This document shows, one piece after another, positions 24,986 through 40,085 of a DNA stretch of 64,000 nucleotides. The notes under the pieces were generated by a model. The model did not search any database. It worked only from the letters and a program-made list of their open reading frames with translations, and had not been told where the DNA came from. The DNA is taken from contig OX597814.1 of NCBI GenBank assembly GCA_951406725.2, positions 94,178,001-94,242,000 on the forward strand. The letters are read 5' to 3'. Position numbers and translations under genes: made by a program. The stretch comes from Octopus vulgaris. Lineage: Eukaryota. Within the stretch, counting starts at the first letter, position 1. Every line of letters begins with the position of its first letter.

Positions 24986-25619
24986 ATGTGTGTGTGTGTG
25001 CGCGCGCGCGTGCGTATATACACAATCAAGGATAAAATCATCATAAAAATAACGATCTTAGTGGCCAAAATGTCATATAAACAATTAAAATAGATATATA
25101 ATTATACAGATATGATTATAATCAAGGCTACTAAAAACAATATCTACACAATAGAAATAGACCTCGCTTACAGCCTGTGCAAATGGAGTGTAAAATATGA
25201 CTCTAAAACTACATCATTCTTTTACACTACATTTGCACAGGTTGAAAATGAGGTAAATGAATAAAAAGTTTAGGCAAAATTTTTAAGGCTAATTCTAGAT
25301 GGAATGTTTTCTGGTTTTGTAATATAAAAATTACTTTACCTTCATCAGAAGAATGTACCAAAATGTACATAAATGAGGAGTAGATGGACATCTGATAAAT
25401 GATGAAGGGTCGTTCTTTATGTTACTTGTCTTGTTTTCCATTTGTTTTTCTCATTGTTAGCATACCCGAGTTTGTCTTCGTATTTCATTTTGTTTACGTT
25501 TTGTGACGTCCTGTACCTATATATGCATATACACATGTATATATATGTATTATGTACATATATGTATGTATATATGCATATATATATATTATTTATATAT
25601 ATATATAATGAGAGAGATA

Positions 25620-25800
25620 GAGAAAGAGAGGGAGAGTTGTAAATTATAGAAAAATAAAAGACGAATACAAGTGTATGAACAACAAATGTGTTTATTAGTT
25701 TGACGCTCTGGAAAGTGAAAAAGTCTTTTATGTTTCGAGCATACGCTCTTCAAGAGAAAAGAATAAGAGAAAATAAACAGAGATAGAATAAAAAAGACTT
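25620..25800 (-). repeat. PLE terminal-repeat fragment, same family as 58500-58665
   Basis: Minus strand TTGAAGAGCGTATGCTCGAAACATAAAAGACT matches 58548-58580. Confidence 0.55.
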
Positions 25801-26339
25801 GTAGATTTAGCGCTCAAGCATGGCATGTGTGTGTGAGTGTGTGCGTGTGTGTGTGCGTGTATACAATTAAGGATAAAATCATTATAAAAATAACGCTCTT
25901 ATCATTGGCTAGCATGTAATATAAACCATATAGGTAAGAATTAATATAGATATATAGTTATATGGATATGATTATAATTAATGGTGCTTTATATATATAA
26001 TAGATGTAGTGTATAGGTTGTGACCACATATATAATAAATGTAGTGCATAAATTATGACTGTATGTATAATAGTTGTAGTGTATAGATTGTGTACATATG
26101 TGTGTATGTGTGTGTGTATTTGTGTATTAATGAGTACATGCCTGAATTTGTGAGTGTGTGCTTGATGTATATTTATGTTCATTTTTTCAACATATTTTAT
26201 TGCTTCTCCAGAAGAGATCGATTAAATTAACGCTGAAGTCGGTAAGATCTCTAGAAATAATTTAAGACGGTGTCTCAGTATCGCTGCTCTCTAATGCTTG
26301 TAACTACTAAACGAGTAAAAGAGTATGAAATATATGAAA

Positions 26340-27020
26340 TAAATTGTTGTATACACTGCTCAGGTGCACTACAACTAAGGGGGAAAGAGGCATCATTTGT
26401 ACTGTTGGCGGATGTCAGGAAACATGGAAGTTTTGACGGATGCTAAAGACTTGGCAGCTAAAGACTGATGCGGGTAGTTTATTCCACGCTTCAACAATTC
26501 TGAGCGTGAAAACATGTTTCCGGAAATCATGGGTGCTGAGATGTTTTTTGATTTTGTAATCATTTACACGAGTGTTTGTCATGTGGAATTCAAAAGGGTG
26601 CCCAATGTTGTTGGAAAGACGATGGATAATCTTGTGTCTGATCTTCAATGTGTCCATGCTCAAGGAAGCAAGGCATTCGGAGTATGGTAGATACCTGACG
26701 GTTGTGTATACTCGTTCTGTTACGCGTTTCTCAACAGTGTCCGGATATTTATATGCTGAGCAAGATAGGAGTTCCAGACTGGTGAAGCATTGCCATATAC
26801 AGTTTTAAATAGATAGCTGGAGAGCGGCTGACAAAGTAATGCAAGGACACCCTAAGCCTTTTTGACAATGTTAGGGATATTTGTCCAACGTAGATTGCTG
26901 TTTACAATAATAAACAGATCACGTTTACTAGAACACTTCTTGAGATTGGTGTTGTTGAGTGAGTATGTAAAGGCTGAGATTTTCCTCCCAAAATGCATGA
27001 TGACTCATTTGTTCACGAAA
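26340..27020 (-). mobile_element. CR1-like LINE 3' fragment, decayed
   Basis: RKHVFTLRIVEAWNKLPASV is a typical CR1-clade C-terminal motif. Confidence 0.7.
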
Positions 27021-27900
27021 ACGTAGCACCAATAATGGTTCCAAAGCCCATTTAGTTTTATGCCTATCATGATTTGAATTTACATTTCGCTCACAAATTG
27101 AACAAAAACTTTTCTACAGAGGCTAATTCTCTTTTGTATGCAATGTAACTATTTATGTTATTTTTTTTTACCTCACACGAGTTGCTTCTTGCACTCTTAA
27201 TTCTAGATCCATTCTAAATTACGATAATGCAAATTCTTTGACCAATCCTTATTATAAAAAAAAAGACGATGTTTAAACATGAGCATCGAGTGCTTTCATT
27301 GTCTGACAAATCCACGTTGGAGTAGAGTTTTCACAGAAACACACAGACTAGTAAACATAACTTCGGAATGCTTTTTCAAAGAAGTTTATTTATCTGGAAA
27401 TTTTGTTTCTGTATATTATTTTATATTTCATTGTGCATTACTTCGACGTTCACAATTTCACATTTTATTACCTGAATTCTGCCAAGTTCATCTGTGTTGC
27501 ATTCTGTTAGCTTGTGCTCATTGTTTTGTGTGATATAAAATTTTTTCTGTATATAATTACCTTATTTTTGCCATACACATTCCATTTTGAGATGCATAAT
27601 CTTTTTATATAGCGGATCATGATAATTACTTTTCGCACAAATTCTTCTCTATGAGATTGGTTCTCATTGTTTTATTCTCGGTGACTGTATCTGTGATAAT
27701 AGTTTCGATCATTTCATAGAAGCCTAATAAAATCAAGAAGTAATTAGTAGAAAATTATTTCGTGTAAACTATAGAAGATACCAGGAATAAAATGAAAATA
27801 CTTTAATTACATTGAGCTGGTGTTCTTGTATAACATATAGAAGAATTATTCTAGAAATATTAATAGCAAAAGTAGAAGCACACCATGATCATAATCGTAG

Positions 27901-27940
<40 letters not shown>

Positions 27941-28333
27941 TACTTATATAAGATATGAAATCAACAGAAGAACTATACACGATAATATTTTAAAGTATAT
28001 CTTTCACTTCTGAATTATCGAATAATTTAGAAGTGAATTCAGAGGTACTTGTTGCGTATTAATAGATATAAAACTAGTCAGGCACTGTTTTTCCTTAGCT
28101 CCGAAGGTCATTGTTCGTCACAGTAATTTTAATATATATAATCCAATCAATATTTTACATACACAGGTATACACATATGAATGCATACTTACATACATAG
28201 ATACATACACACATACACGCATGGATACATACATACATGCATGCATACATACATACAAACATACATACATAATACATACATACATACATACATACATACA
28301 TACATACATACATACATACATACATACATACAT

Positions 28334-29176
28334 AGAAATATCAACTAAATACCTGGTGTACAAAAGGGACAGAGACGCAGGAAATAACCGATGTAGACTT
28401 TGTGGAGTTAACACCGAAGGTATCACCCACATCATTAGCAGTTGCCGCAAAACGTCATCGCGGTGTTATCTACGGAAGAGATATGATTTTGTAGTCAGGA
28501 CATTGTATAATGGGATCCGCCAGATGGTCAAAGACATAAGAACCTACAGTATGATAGAAGCCATAGCCACTCATAATAAACTGGAGAACTGGTGTAATGT
28601 CTTAGTAAGACCTTCAATAAAATGTAAACATAAAAAACTTGACATAATAATTTGGAACAGAGATGATAAACTGTGTACAATTGTGAAGATTATCTGTCTA
28701 GCGGATGTTAACAAAGCTAAAGATCAGTGGAAAAATACCTATTCTGAACTACTGAGGAATCGACAGTTACTCTAGCCAGATTACAAGTTCAGGTTTATAA
28801 CTGTAACTATTCGAGCACTGGGATATATAACACGCTGCCTAAATACCAATCTTGAGAAATTAGGCTTCTCCAAACCAGAAAGGGGAGAGGGAATTCGAAG
28901 ACTACAGATCCAAACCATCACTGGAACTGTAAAAATCTGCAAAACTTTGCAGAAATTTTGGCAACAAAGTATATATGAATATGTTTAGATATGCAATTAT
29001 ATGCACGATAATACATACATAAAAGAAACATACAAATCTTACACATAAATACATAAATAAATACGTACAAAAATACCCTCTTTTTGTTGAAATTCTAATG
29101 AGGGAGCCTTGAATCAAGGTTAGAAACTAGCTCTTCCTCTGTTGGGAAGAAATCTTGAAATAAAACTGAATGCTAA
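28334..29176 (+). mobile_element. 5'-truncated RLE LINE (second R4-like family) embedded in (TACA)n
   Basis: CRLCGVNTEGITHIISSC, RYD (degenerate RHD) and LDIIIW motifs; (TACA)n at ~28190-28333 and 29177-29360. Confidence 0.75.
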
Positions 29177-29509
29177 CATACATACATACATACATACATA
29201 CATACATACGTACATACATACATACATGCATACACACATGCACACACACACATACATACATACATACATACATACATACATACATACATACCTACATACA
29301 TACATACATACATACATACATACATACATACATACATACATACATACATACATACATACATGCATGCATGCATGCATGATGGAATTCTCTCGTATTCAAA
29401 GAATGACCGTTCTGCAAAATCTTGTGGAACAAACCGGCATAAATGGTCTGTTTATAGTGATCAAATGTTCGTGTTATACATTAGCACATACCTTTTATAA
29501 AATCGATGT

Positions 29510-29665
29510 TGTCGGAACAGGTACACGGTGTATTACGTGCCAGGTGTCGAAGTGAATGCAAGGCAACATAAGCAGAAATGTTTTGCTTCAGAACACAATG
29601 CACCACCCACTTAACGAACTGAAACCACGATTTCATGATCTGGAATGTAACACCGTAACCACCAG
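29510..29665 (-). mobile_element. tRNA/CORE-like SINE, decayed
   Basis: Minus strand GGTTTCAGTTC..TGTGTTCTGAAGCAAAACA, similar to 8225-8436. Confidence 0.45.
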
Positions 29666-32030
29666 AGTTTGCGCCCTCACAAGTACATACATGCATACAT
29701 ACGTAGTTCTATTTTATTTATTAGGTTTTTGTGTATTATTTTATGTGTGCATATACATACGTCATCTTTACCTTTGCCCTGGCAATAATGTGGCGATATT
29801 GTCAAGAATTGGACCTTGACTTTATGGAAATCTGCCTTGGGTGTAGATTTTCAACAACAGAATTTTTTCCGTAAAGTGTTCTAAATATTTTCTAATTACA
29901 TTCAGATATAGGCATATATTTTTATAGCTTAATAAAACGAAGGCGAAACAAAGCATGCTACCTTTCAACCATAACATATTAAACCAGTCTAAACCTCAAC
30001 TGATTTATCTAAAATATTGGATATTTTACTTAAGTTCAAGAAAAGCGCATTCCTTAAACTCTCATTCCGCTTTCGGAACATAACCAAAAACATAACCAAA
30101 TTCATCAAATATTCCAAACAAACGAACAAAGCAACCAATTTTCACTTTTCACATATAAAAGCAGAGAGAAAGGTAGTATATATCATTCGAACTGAAAACT
30201 TTTTCATCATAAAATTCTTTGTTGTATTTATTACTTACACTGATACCAAATCAATTTTGAAGTCAAATTATATATCATCTATAATTTTTCCAACTATGCC
30301 CTTCATTTTTTCCATTTCATTTTCATTCTTTAGGACAGATTTGTTTATTGTTTCAAATGAAATTGTTGAAATGTCAGGTCTTGGTGATAGTCACAATCTA
30401 TACACTACGTCTATTATTATTTATAACAATAGATTTAAATTATTTACAATAGGTAAATTAAAGTAGATAACAATTAGCGACTTTTAAAATAGTAAGTTCT
30501 GAATTCATCACTTATCATTGATAAAATATAACGAATCGATAAATTATTAACACGGTGACGCGAAACAAAGAAACGTATTATCATTTTTGGTAACTGGATA
30601 TATGTACAGACTTAAAATTTTAATGACATTTTCTGAATTGGAAAATATGACAATCATATGGTATGCTACTTAAATTGTATGAAACAAGTTTCATTGATTA
30701 ACATATACATAATTCAGATTATATAATTAGACTATTATCCTCACTCGATTGTCATATGACAGTTGTTTATTAGATTCTTATAGAGGTCAAACTTTTAATG
30801 CAATAATTTCATAGAATTCCTCGCAGATTTTTTCAAAACAATCTTGTCAAAGAACGTTTCTATTGAACATCATATACGCAGGTGTCAGTCAAAAGAAATT
30901 TATTTAAAATTGTTTCATGTTTTGATAAATTTTACTGCTTGTCTACACATTGTTTTATTCCCATGTGTAGATTTAGTAATTCCCTTCGAGACATTTTCAA
31001 TGTTATTCAAAAAGATCCAACGCTTTATTCATTATGAAACCAGTCGTCTGACTACTGGGAACGATTCAGGGACTTAACTCTACATAAATAATGATATAGA
31101 GTCTTGCGTATAAAACTGACTAGAGAGAAACAGGAATACGTATGCATGCTTGCTATACACTATGCTACGCTATCTCAATCAGAAGAGAGACGTTTATAAA
31201 TAATTTTGAAAGAATTCCACAATAATTCAATAAATAGATAGTTCAGTTGATTATACAACTTAGTATATCTCTTCGAAACTACTGTATATCCCTGCAAATG
31301 CGTGTGTGCGTGTACGCGTGCGTGAGCGTGTATGTGAGTGTGTATTGATAATAAATCAGTGAAGTAACTGTTATACCGTTGAGGATGAAGAGGTGATTAA
31401 CATTTCCGATAAACGCACTTCTTCAAATAAATAAATATTATAGAAACGATGTTTACGCCAATTATGTTAATGAGGAAGTGAAGAAAGAAGAGTGATGTGG
31501 ATTGGTGGGTGAAGAGATAAGGAGATGAAGAAAGCAAGCAAGAGATGCTGTGAGTTGTTTACGAATATTAACAAGGTGAGGTGGTGGGGAAAAGTAAACT
31601 GCTATTTGATAGTGGTGAATTTGAGGGAGTAATGTGAAGTCAAATCTGAGATGTAAGAATAGAGGACAAGTAATAGACTGGACACGCACAGCAGGACAAT
31701 AAGGTATTCAACATACAAAGTAAGAACAGCAAAGAGATGGTTGGTGCTATGGTTTTCACGTCTTCCGTATATTAGCAGTTCGGCAATTGTGACCGATAGA
31801 ATAAAGTACCAGGCTTTAAAAAGGAAAACTAAGTACTGGGTGATTTTCATTCTACTAAAGTAACTCAAGACGGTAACTCAGGTAGCTCAACATGACCGCA
31901 ATCTAATGACTGAAGTAAAGTAAAAGATACATATAATATATATATATATATGTATATATAGATAGATCTGTATGTGTATTCATGCATGTGTATATATTTG
32001 TGTGTGCAAGTGTATACACACACAGAGATG

Positions 32031-32072
<42 letters not shown>

Positions 32073-32489
32073 GACATAAGCCGCATAATTAAAGTGTGAA
32101 AGTGGAGAAAAGCCCCACGGTTGTATTTTCGATTTTTTTCTCCCCCCCGCTTGTTTTAGTCATTTGGCTGTGACCATACTGGGGCACCACCTAGAAGAAC
32201 TTTTAGTCGAAATTATCGACCCCAGAACATTTTTTTACTTGTTGCAGCTATTTGACAGAATAGAGAATTTATCCAAAGTTGTTGTTTATAATGCATCATC
32301 TCTTTGTAGAACTCAATATAGGAACTGAGAATATTGCAAACTCCGTTTGTAATTTTTACGTTACGTTTACGATTATCAGTACAAACCTGCAAAACTTCAT
32401 CTGTATGTACCAACTATTTAGCAATAATTTTCGTAGCCAATTTAAGTTGTGTAGGTGCAACTCTGTTGTCCCATCTGTATTCTCAGCTT

Positions 32490-32872
32490 GTTAATTTTTC
32501 AGCATCAGATCATCGTTAGATAAACTTTTCTTCTGAGATACTAGCAACTCAATCACATCATCCTCTATGACTTGTTCAAATCCTAAATCCTTTGCAAGTG
32601 TTACAATGTCTTTCCGAAAATAATGTACACTTTCTGCTTGAGGAAAACCTGTAATCTCATGGATACTGTCGGGCCAGATACTTTTCCAAGCACTATTCAA
32701 AGTAGAAGGTTTCACTTCAGCCTATAATTCAGTTATATTATTTACAACATTCAGTATGATGAATTTCCTCCAGACATCTCTTATTGTATATTTATCCTCT
32801 CTTTCAAATGTTTTCATAAGTTGTTTCTAAGTTCTCATATAGTATGCCTTGAAGTCAGCTATTGATCCATTG
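32490..32872 (-). mobile_element. pogo/Tigger-like transposase C-terminal fragment
   Basis: STLNSAWKSIWP..IVTLAKDLGFEQVIEDDVIELL..LSNDDL. Confidence 0.65.
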
Positions 32873-35787
32873 GCCGGAGTAAAGATGTTGTATACTTGGA
32901 GATATATTCTACTTTCACAGTATCAGACAGGTCATCTAAGGTCGCTGGGTGATGAGATGCATTGTCTAAAAGAAAGTTCACCAAATTTCATAGACAATTC
33001 ACCCCACTTCACTTCTGATTTAAGACACATATACACACGCATACACTCATACATAAGCAGCCATACACAAACACTCGTACATGTACACACTCTTATACGC
33101 ACTCATACACACACTCACACACACATATTCATGCACACACGTGTTGGTGTACATGCTGATATTTCTTATACCCAGTCGGATTCTAAAGCTGATGGGTTGA
33201 TATTTGGGATGATGTGGGTTGCATCGGTTTCGGGTATATCATTAGTGCTGAAATGGTTATATTGTTCCAGCTAATTGCACTGTTGTGGCTGCTTAATCTC
33301 ACATAGACATTTCATTAAACGTTTAAAATACACCAGGATACCACGTTATATATTTTTAATTGAAAAAGATTTGCTTGTCAACTTCTTACTGTACTACTGT
33401 TATTATATATTTCTGAACAAATTTGTCATTGTAATTCCTACCTACGCCGACGCCACTCGTTATCTAACTTTAATTCTTTAGATTCTTTGCATTCTAGCAT
33501 TCATTACAAATCTCATTCTTCTGCTTGTAAACAATATCAATTCTTTACTTTTCTGTTTTCTATTTTATAACGGTTTGATTGTGTTATAACGGTTTGATTC
33601 AACATTTTGCCTGTTTCAGCTTTGTCATAAATTTTATCCATTCCCTGTTACATTTATTCGTCATCGTATAACTTGCTCAAAAAAGCACGTATCACTTTCA
33701 TTTACTCTCTTTACCGCGAGACTAAATGACTTTACTTGCTTTACTTCTTTATTTGGGTGTAAAGGTCAATACTTCTATAATTTCTCTAATCAGAACTTCA
33801 ACGCTAGACTAATTCTCTTCCTGGTGTTATAACATTTATTTCATTGACTTGTTATTTGTATTATTTTTGTTGACACAAAACATTTCTTGGAATTTACTGT
33901 TTTACTATATTTCGGTTTGTCAACTCTAAATTGTTATAATAAACTTCCAACGAAACGAATCCAGATTTTTATTCTTCTTGTAATTCGCCGCCACTCCGAA
34001 TTTCCAGTTACCCGACGAAGAAAATTTTTCTTTTTCTTTTCTACTGAGTACCGTTCTGAACAAACAATCAGGCCTGAACTAGAGCTGTCATTACCTCGCC
34101 ACCAGTGCTGAAATAAGACATTTTCTTATTCAAATATAAATACTAGGGAGTATGCAACATATAATGCATGCTGCATAGTATTGTTTGAATGTAGACAATA
34201 TTACAGAAGAGAAAAGAAACAAGGTATATAACAAGCGTATATTTAAGTAGATTTAACCTATATAATCAAAACAGCTTAACAAATTCTATTTACCACACCT
34301 CTGTTATATTGTACTTCTTACATCGCAGAATTAAATAGGTCAAGAAAATTTGGATGCAAATTAGTCAGAGGAACATGATATGATGTTTTATGCTTCCAAA
34401 TATATTTGGTTGGATTCGGAGAAAATAAATAAGAAATTTTTAAAACAACAAAATTTAAAAGGCAATAAAAACTGAGAAATAGTATACTAAATGGTTATGG
34501 AAAAATACTTTGACATGATTATTTTCAAAAGACGCAGATCATAAAGGATATGAAAGCAAGGTGAATTGTAACTATAATGTGATATACCGTCTGATGCTTT
34601 CCATTGACCAATATCTATCAATCAAGAGCCCATAAAAGCATATGCAGCAAGAGAAAACATTTTGAAATCGTTAAACAAACAATATAGGAGTAGATAAAAT
34701 GTTTGAAGAAACTGCTTGGATTGTTTATGATCTACTGTTCTCTCTTTTCACAAAATGTGTGGCTTTACTCTGAAGTAAGGAATCAATATAATATTTCTAC
34801 GCGACAATGATAAAAAGAGCAATAAATAACTCTTTAAGTGATACTTCGACATCAAAAGATAAATGGAGAAACAATTTCTCTGATATCAAACACTTCGATT
34901 TCCTGAGGAGCACAACCGATAACACAGTATGCGACGTTAGTAAAAGTATATTTTTTACTTATATATAATGATTTCTAAAATGGGATGAGACCTCGGTCCT
35001 TTTCGAAAAACAGTAATCGATGATTTGGATGCTACTACTCAACTGAATGTCATCGAGGATGAAAAATTCACCACTTAATCTTTGCTTGTGTTACCACATT
35101 TTATTCTTCTGGCTCGGTAGGGGTTAAGTTGTTTTCTGAGAAGAATTCCCTGACTCATAACTAATTACAAAGAACAAGCTTTCATGTTAGCACATGCAGA
35201 GACTACCTCCCTCTATACTAGCTCTAGCAGGATGTATTTTATGGCAGTTTATACACACAAGAGAAAATATGTTATATTCTATATTCAAGAGAATGTAGAA
35301 TGATCAACATAAACTGTACGACAACAAAATGATATCCTATAGAATTTGTATCTTTTATATCAGCCATGGATTTCTTCACCAACTACTTTCTTTTTTACAT
35401 TTTCCACAGCTCTAACTATATGCGCAAAATCGTGATATATTTGTCGCAGTTATGGAGACAACTTTCAAGTAGAAAATTCTAATATCTTCACCATCCTTTC
35501 GAAAAATACATACATATTCGACAGGTTTCCATTTATCAGCCTCCATTGACAATGCTTTCGTTGACCGAAGGTTACATCACAAATACCTTCTCTAAGTTTG
35601 CATGCAGGATTTGATCAAACCTGGAACGACTGCCTTTGAAAAGTTGACTCTCTTCAGACGTCTAATAAAACTATTCTACCCTTCTATCATCTAAATGTTG
35701 TCTGTTTTAACACAGAAGTATTCAATTTAAATGGTTGATTGGCAAATAAGTATGGCCGAAAAATGTACCATAACCGTATGACTTATA

Positions 35788-36000
35788 TACGAGAAATTCC
35801 TGAAAAGATCCTGGCTTTGGGCAAAAGAAAATACAGCAGGATCAGTTAATTACGATTTTATTTAACATATTTACCACTCAGATTCACACACTTATTGCAA
35901 CGCTCCTTCAGTTTTTCTAATCCCTAAAAATAACTCGAGAGTTTGGGTCTCTAACCAGAACTTTCGCGATACCATGAAAGCCAGAAACAGTTTAGCACAC
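35788..36000. mobile_element. mariner-derived terminal fragment
   Basis: TACGAG..CTGAAAAG TIR-like start; a similar start occurs at 50446. Confidence 0.4.
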
Positions 36001-36374
36001 ACGCCCCTCGCGTATATTTTAATGCGGCGCTACAAATAAACATCATTGCTTGAAAATCAATGTTTTCTCCCCGTACTTTCCCATTTTCTTTCCTGTCAAC
36101 GTTCTTTGTACCCTTCTTTTCTATTTTGCTTTTGTCTTCTCTGCTTTTTTTTTCTTATTTATCTCTTCCACCTTTCTATATAACAGCAACTGCAATCAGA
36201 GAACTTGCTCTCAGTTTCAGATATTCGTAATATTATCATATTTTCTCGCTCAAAATAGAGGCTGCAAGGAATATTTGAGGATACTTAATTACCATAGTGC
36301 TTTCATCAAATCAGTTAAAATGTTTATATTTCCACCGAATTCTCCATTAAAGATAAAATGCTAGCACAAAAAAT

Positions 36375-37318
36375 GAAAAGACATGCAACCACTGTTGCCA
36401 AATGTGCGGAACACGGCGATACAGGAAATTGCCAAATGTTTCAGTCGTATTAATGAAGAAAAGCATTTTATGTTCAAATGATTATTGATGATGATCCTGG
36501 AAAATCAATGAGGGCCACCGCCAATGAACTTCAGGTGTCTGAGTGGACAATTAAAAATGAGGTGCAAGAGGACATTCGAGAGAAACTGGATGTAATGAGG
36601 AGAGACGAAATTATGCATGAAAAACATAGGAAAACATTTTGATCCGTGCCAAGTGGTTACTTAACTAGGTTAAAACCCCATCGAAAACATAGCATTCTTT
36701 ACTTCTCCGGTGAAAATAATTTCGATCAAAACCAAAAGTTTAATAGTAAGTATAATAGGTGGTTATATGTGCAGATCCTTTTGATGTTCCCAAAGTCATA
36801 CACACTAAGTTTCCGATAACTGATGATGGATTTAGGAATGATGAGTAACAAATGTCATATCATGCAACCCACATATTTCCACAGGGTCTTTGAATTAACG
36901 CTACTGTATACGACACATTAGACTGCTGGAGGCAGTAGTTAAGACCTGGACGGATGTAGTTCACAATCGAACGGCTAAAAGGCAATTTTTACGATGATGC
37001 AACATGAACTCTGTGCCCCCGACCCCACAATTTTTGGAGTTTTGTGAAGAGAGAGACTTATCAGCATTGTCACAATACCACAGCCTCGCTGAAGACAGCC
37101 ATTGACCAGATGATATTCGAAATTAATAAGGACCATTTAGTGTAGGCATGTCAACAATTCTAGTCTCGCTTTGAAGCAGCCATCGAGGTTGTAGTTGTAT
37201 TTGTAGAATACTCTTATCGTATCGAAACATGCTCAATTTTTTTAAAAGTATATTTGGCTTTTGCTAGGCCAGAGTTGTTTTATTGACTGTGTCCTCAAAT
37301 ATCACTTACACCTTGTAT
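36375..37318 (+). mobile_element. Decayed Tc1/mariner superfamily element (maT/DD37D-like)
   Basis: DDDPGKSMRATANELQVSEWTI helix-turn-helix and FSGENNFDQNQKFNSKYNRW; ends CACCTTGTA-TA. A related fragment is at 53650-53885. Confidence 0.6.
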
Positions 37319-38603
37319 ATTACAAACTTTCCTCCACAAGCCAGCAAAAGCTTCCCTCTTAGACTGAATCGAAGCTTCACATATAATGAAAAAGAAACAG
37401 AATAGTTTACTGTCGCCGTTGAATAGTTTCGGTAAAGAATTTGTACTATGCTCCCAAAACATACATTTATCAGGTAAAATTTCGAGAGGAATTACAAGAA
37501 AAATGCTGGTATATACTCATAAATTGTTCATAAAAAAGCAGCAACTGTCACAGTTGATTGAACTTTTATTGGTATCATCTCCAATGTCATTTTACCAGCA
37601 ATTCAGTTTGCTCTCTAACATTTATAACTGAAGTTGCATAATTTAATCGATATTAAGTTTCATTAAATGATAAATAGGCTTTTATTTCAAAGGAAATCAT
37701 TCAAGCCAAATTAGCTGATTAAAGTTGATTTAAAGTAATGGAAATGTTTCAGTGAATTACGAACACTATGTTTTAGTAGGCTAGTGACACAACACATCTC
37801 AAATAACTGACGTGATTAAAATAAATCAATTAATTATTGATTCTGACTTTATTCCATAATTTACTGAATGTCGCTGGTATCAACAATTTATAAAATCTCT
37901 ATTTTTAAGTTGTATATACGGATATGGGGCAGAGTTGCATGTATAAGATTGTATTCATTTCGCTTAAGCAATACCATGAAAAATCTTCACTCTTGTATAC
38001 GACTTTTCTGCCCTGTAACAAACAAATGTATTGTGCAGAGAAATGGTTGTCCATTCTGATCTTTGCTTTGCACCCAAGTAGGTACGCATTTGATTCGACA
38101 CTGCAAACCTCTATGAGTAAGTAGTATCATATTTTCAAATGAGTTTTATCATATTTTCAAATTGATGTAACCTTGTGACTGAGATTTGATAGAAATTATG
38201 GTACGTGTATGTGTGTACATTGGAAAGAAATAGTAAAAATCGCTACGCTCAACTGAAATAACTTGTTGCTTTTTATTCTAGCTCGATTAAGTCTTTTTGC
38301 ATGCCTGATGGGCAGGAATGACTAAACGTAATAACGGACAAGATGTTGTGGATGTAATCTGTGAAAAGTTCCTTCGAAGGAATTTCGTATTTGATAGTAA
38401 CTAACAGGAAGAATATAAAAAATATATATACCTTCACAACAGAACAATACACACGTAGAATCATCTTTTCTCTGTTCTACTTTCAGAATTTCTGCTTTGC
38501 AATTTAACAAAAATGCCTTACACACACATACACAAACACCTATATTTATGCGATATACATATACAAATGGTCGTTCGCAAAGACAGACAGGCATATAGAC
38601 ACT

Positions 38604-38698
<95 letters not shown>

Positions 38699-39906
38699 CT
38701 TGTGTTCATTTTTAGAGGGAAGATTTAATTGAATATGCTACAGTAAAGTTAATCGAAATTTCAAACTCAATTTAAAGAAGATGCAAGTGTGTTTTTTTTT
38801 CTTTTCGGTCAATCACAGGTATTCTTCCCAACATGTTAGTTTCTACAATTATAGACATGCTGATATGTCTGAAATAAAAAAAAAAGAGGAATTCCATGTA
38901 ACGTCTGAAATCCTACTTCGGTTGTGATATGTGAAAGAAAGAAAGTCTAAGGGTGAACACAATATATAATCTGTACAACAGGAGGTAAGCTAGAGAGACA
39001 AATGTGAGATATGTTTAAATACGAAAGAAACACAGATGAGTAAGAGTGGGAAGGTTTTATTTTTAATCAATGGTAATCTGGCGAATCTAATCATTCTTCT
39101 TAGTCTTCTCTTTTTTTCACGCAAGTTGCATTGCCGCAGCAAATATCTTCGACAGAATTACAATTACAGATTGTATGAAAGACAGGAAGAAAAAAATGTG
39201 GATGGAGGATGAAACATTAAGACATAGAATTAAGTGCAAATGGAAATAAGAAGAAATATATTATAGTTAGAAAATAGATAAAAATCTTTAATAGAAAATT
39301 TTCAGAATAAAACAGTAGGAAAGGAAAGTAAGAAAAGAGCAGCAGAAAGAGAAAATTAGCTGAAGATAAAAACACTAACAAGATTAAAGTAAAATTTGTG
39401 GGAATAGAATTAAAGGTGATTGCTACAGATATGTATTATAGCTGTGCTGTATGATACTATAAAGCTGTGTGAATTAACAGTCAGATTTTAACCAAGTTGC
39501 AAGATCTCATCGTTCAAATATAACAAATATTTACTGTATATTTTTTCTAAAGTACTATTTCTGTTATCCTTTGCTACTCCACCTAGTAACTTTGTATATC
39601 TACATAAAAGTTATATAAACGTCCACAAACCAAAAAAATACACAGTGTGTGCTTACTTGAACTGTTAGAATTAGTAGCCAGAATTCTCTGAAATCGTAAC
39701 CAACTGAAAAACACATTGGATAATGTTGTCTTCGTTAAAATATATCTTAAAATAATCATTATATAGTCATTATAATTGGATGGACTTTGATTAGTATGCT
39801 GACAGGAAACTAAACTACAACAATAATACCATGCAAATAACGCTATCGAATAGCCATAACGATTCTTAAACGTCATACCTGGAATCATCATAGGTTTCGT
39901 ACTCAC

Positions 39907-40085
39907 CAAATCTGAGCTGTACCAATGTACGGAGACGAAAATAAAATTATGAACCACATAGGACTGCACGCTCTTCCGTGCGGAAGAAAAAAAGCTGGTG
40001 GAAAGTGACGTTCCCCTAATACTCGGATGATACTCATCGACAATGCACGGCTGCTGAACAAATGTATGATGGACGGTTCTGTCAT
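39907..40085 (-). CDS. Possible first coding exon of a host gene (signal-peptide-like MWFIILFSSPYIGTAQI)
   Basis: CpG-richer unique sequence; strong donor TG|GTGAGT at 39906; candidate acceptor TTTCTCAG at 40262 and upstream donor CG|GTGAGT at ~40638. No homology recognised. Confidence 0.25.
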
